In this document: in pieces, positions 62,363-64,000 of the stretch | Layout of the letters: each line of letters opens with the position of its first letter | Numbering within the stretch: position 1 is the first letter of the stretch | Assembly: GCA_037447605.1 (NCBI GenBank) | Contig: CM074809.1 | Coordinates: 1,850,689 to 1,914,688 of the forward strand | Source of the DNA: Zygnema circumcarinatum SAG 698-1b | Taxonomy: Eukaryota > Plantae > Zygnematophyceae | Direction of reading: 5' to 3' | Length of the DNA: 64,000 nucleotides | Program-made: the position numbers and the translations under genes | Notes under the pieces: generated by a model | What the model was told of the DNA's origin: nothing | Database searches by the model: none | Seen by the model: only the letters and a program-made list of their open reading frames with translations

Positions 62363-63310
62363 GGGTAGTGATATTTCCACCCCTTTTTTGGATCCAAACA
62401 CCCCTTCCCGGCCGGGCAGATTTTAAAAAGGATTAAAAACGGAAAATGCTTCTTTCACACCTTTCTGGAATCGATACCTACCCTCCATCGGCAGATCATA
62501 TTTTTGCGAAACAAGGAAAATGATAACCCGTCACCCCATTTTGAATATCCCGCCTACCTGATTTTTTTTTCACGCGTGCGGTCAATCGCAGCCGTCGATT
62601 TCCTCGCAGATCGCAACAAGGCAGATCACTATTGGATCTGCAGCCGGGCTCGGTCACAGCGAATAGCACGTGCCCACGTATCCCGCCAAACTCGTCTCAA
62701 AAGTTTGTTCGTACAAATATCGTACGGTCGAAATTTTGAGGAACCCAAAATTTCGTACATTGAGAGCTTGGACCAATCAAAATTTTGCACGTCAAAAATG
62801 TAACACGTTTCAGATGTTGATTGGCTGGGAGCTAACAATTACGAGATCTCAGGCCGAGATACGCGCGCACTCGCACGTGCGATCCGGCTTTGACGTCACT
62901 CGTGGGCGCTTTCCATTCGCTAAGATCGAGCCCGGCTGCAGATCGAACGGTGATCTGCAGTGGTGCGATCTGCGAGGGAATGGACAGCTGCGATTGACAC
63001 ACACGTGTAAAGGACGGACACCCGCGAACGATCTCGTTGAGGACGAATCTTCCGCTTCGAGCGGATTCGGGCAGGCAGATATTTCTTTCCCTCAAAAAAA
63101 AATTCAAGGAGGCTGGATACAATATTCAAAATGCGGTGACGGGGTATCATTTTCCTTGGTTAGCAAAAATAAAATCAGCCGACGGAAGAAGGTGGATATC
63201 GATTCCAAAAAGGTGTGAAAAAAGCATTTTCGGTTTTTAATCCCTTTTGAAATCTGCCCGGCCGGGAAGGGGTGTTTGGATCCAAAAAAGGGGTGGAAAT
63301 ATCACTACCC
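62363..63310. mobile_element. Non-autonomous Mutator-like long-TIR element, copy 2 (948 bp), same orientation as copy 1
   Basis: Homologous end to end with 60355-61301, with scattered substitutions. Flanked by aaaaaaat on both sides (8-bp TSD). Confidence 0.88.
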
Positions 63311-63319
63311 AAAAAAATT

Positions 63320-63840
63320 GGAAAGTACTATTTACAGTCACCTTTTTATTCTGAAACAAGTCACTTTTTCGCCGGGCAGCTTTTACAAAGGATTTTTTAG
63401 CGAAAAATGCTGGTTCATACTTTTGTAGAATAGATACAGACCTTTTTTCGTCGGGTGTAGATGATGATGATTGGAATGTACGAAGCGCGCGCGTCTAAAA
63501 GTATAAGGGCGCAACACGTGGAGCGACATGATTGGTCGCAGCAACATATGACGTGACAAGTATGTTTGGGACCGTGACGTGACTTTTGTCGCGTCTCGTT
63601 TGTCACGGTCCCAAACATATTTGTCACGTCATATGTTGCCGCGACCAATCATGTCGCTTCACGTGTTGCTACCTTATACATTGTAGACGCGCGCGCTTCG
63701 TACATTTCGAATCACCATCCGCTTCTGTATCTATTCTACAAAAGTATGAAACAACATTTTCGCTAAAAAATCCTTTGTAAAAGCTGCCCGGCGAAAAAGT
63801 GACTGTTTTCAAAAAAAGGTGACTGTAAATAGAACTTTCC
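63320..63840. mobile_element. Foldback MITE, nearly whole-length palindrome (521 bp)
   Basis: Ends GGAAAGTACTATTTACAGTCACC / GGTGACTGTAAATAGAACTTTCC. The arms pair to a short centre at ~63575-63600. Flanks aaaaaaatt / aaaaaaaat. Confidence 0.85.
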
Positions 63841-64000
63841 AAAAAAAATAGTCCGTACGGTCCGTGCTAGGGCGCATGGCGAAGCATTCCATGCGCAGTC
63901 CCGTTCGCCACGTGGCATGCGCCCCCCCAGGCCCCCCCAGGCCCCCCCTCCCCCCCCCCAACCTGAAGGATGGGAGGGATGGCTGGGAGGGAGGGATGGA

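Overview
Eukaryotic, intron-rich, gene-dense nuclear DNA from a green plant. An AP2/ERF factor, a TBL/PC-esterase and an At1g16080-like gene point to a streptophyte; the compact introns suggest a charophyte alga or bryophyte, but I cannot fix the species. I can support about 12 spliced protein genes and one single-exon candidate: SmE (cut by the window edge), an F-box/LRR protein, an alpha-amylase with an unusual C-terminal extension, a 785-aa ERN-like AP2/ERF, an At1g16080-like Rossmann protein, a long coiled-coil protein, an LYR protein, an SDR, a triple-EGF membrane protein, SAP18, an hnRNP Q/R-like protein, a TBL protein and an orphan poly-Q ORF. Non-coding features are two box C/D snoRNAs whose guide matches 25S rRNA (snR39B/SNORD2 type) and many non-autonomous DNA transposons: hAT- and mariner-type MITEs, two Mutator-like long-TIR copies and two large foldbacks, concentrated at 58.8-63.9 kb. 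A dispersed relic repeat family and strongly clustered CCGTAC(GG) motifs lie upstream of genes. Most long ORFs in the supplied track over GC-rich promoter islands and microsatellites are artefacts. Gene models were built by eye from GT-AG sites and protein similarity recalled from memory; no database search was run. No single clearly new multi-gene system is evident. The best novelty candidates are the EGF-repeat membrane protein, the amylase tail, the ERN-like factor and the foldback and motif architecture.
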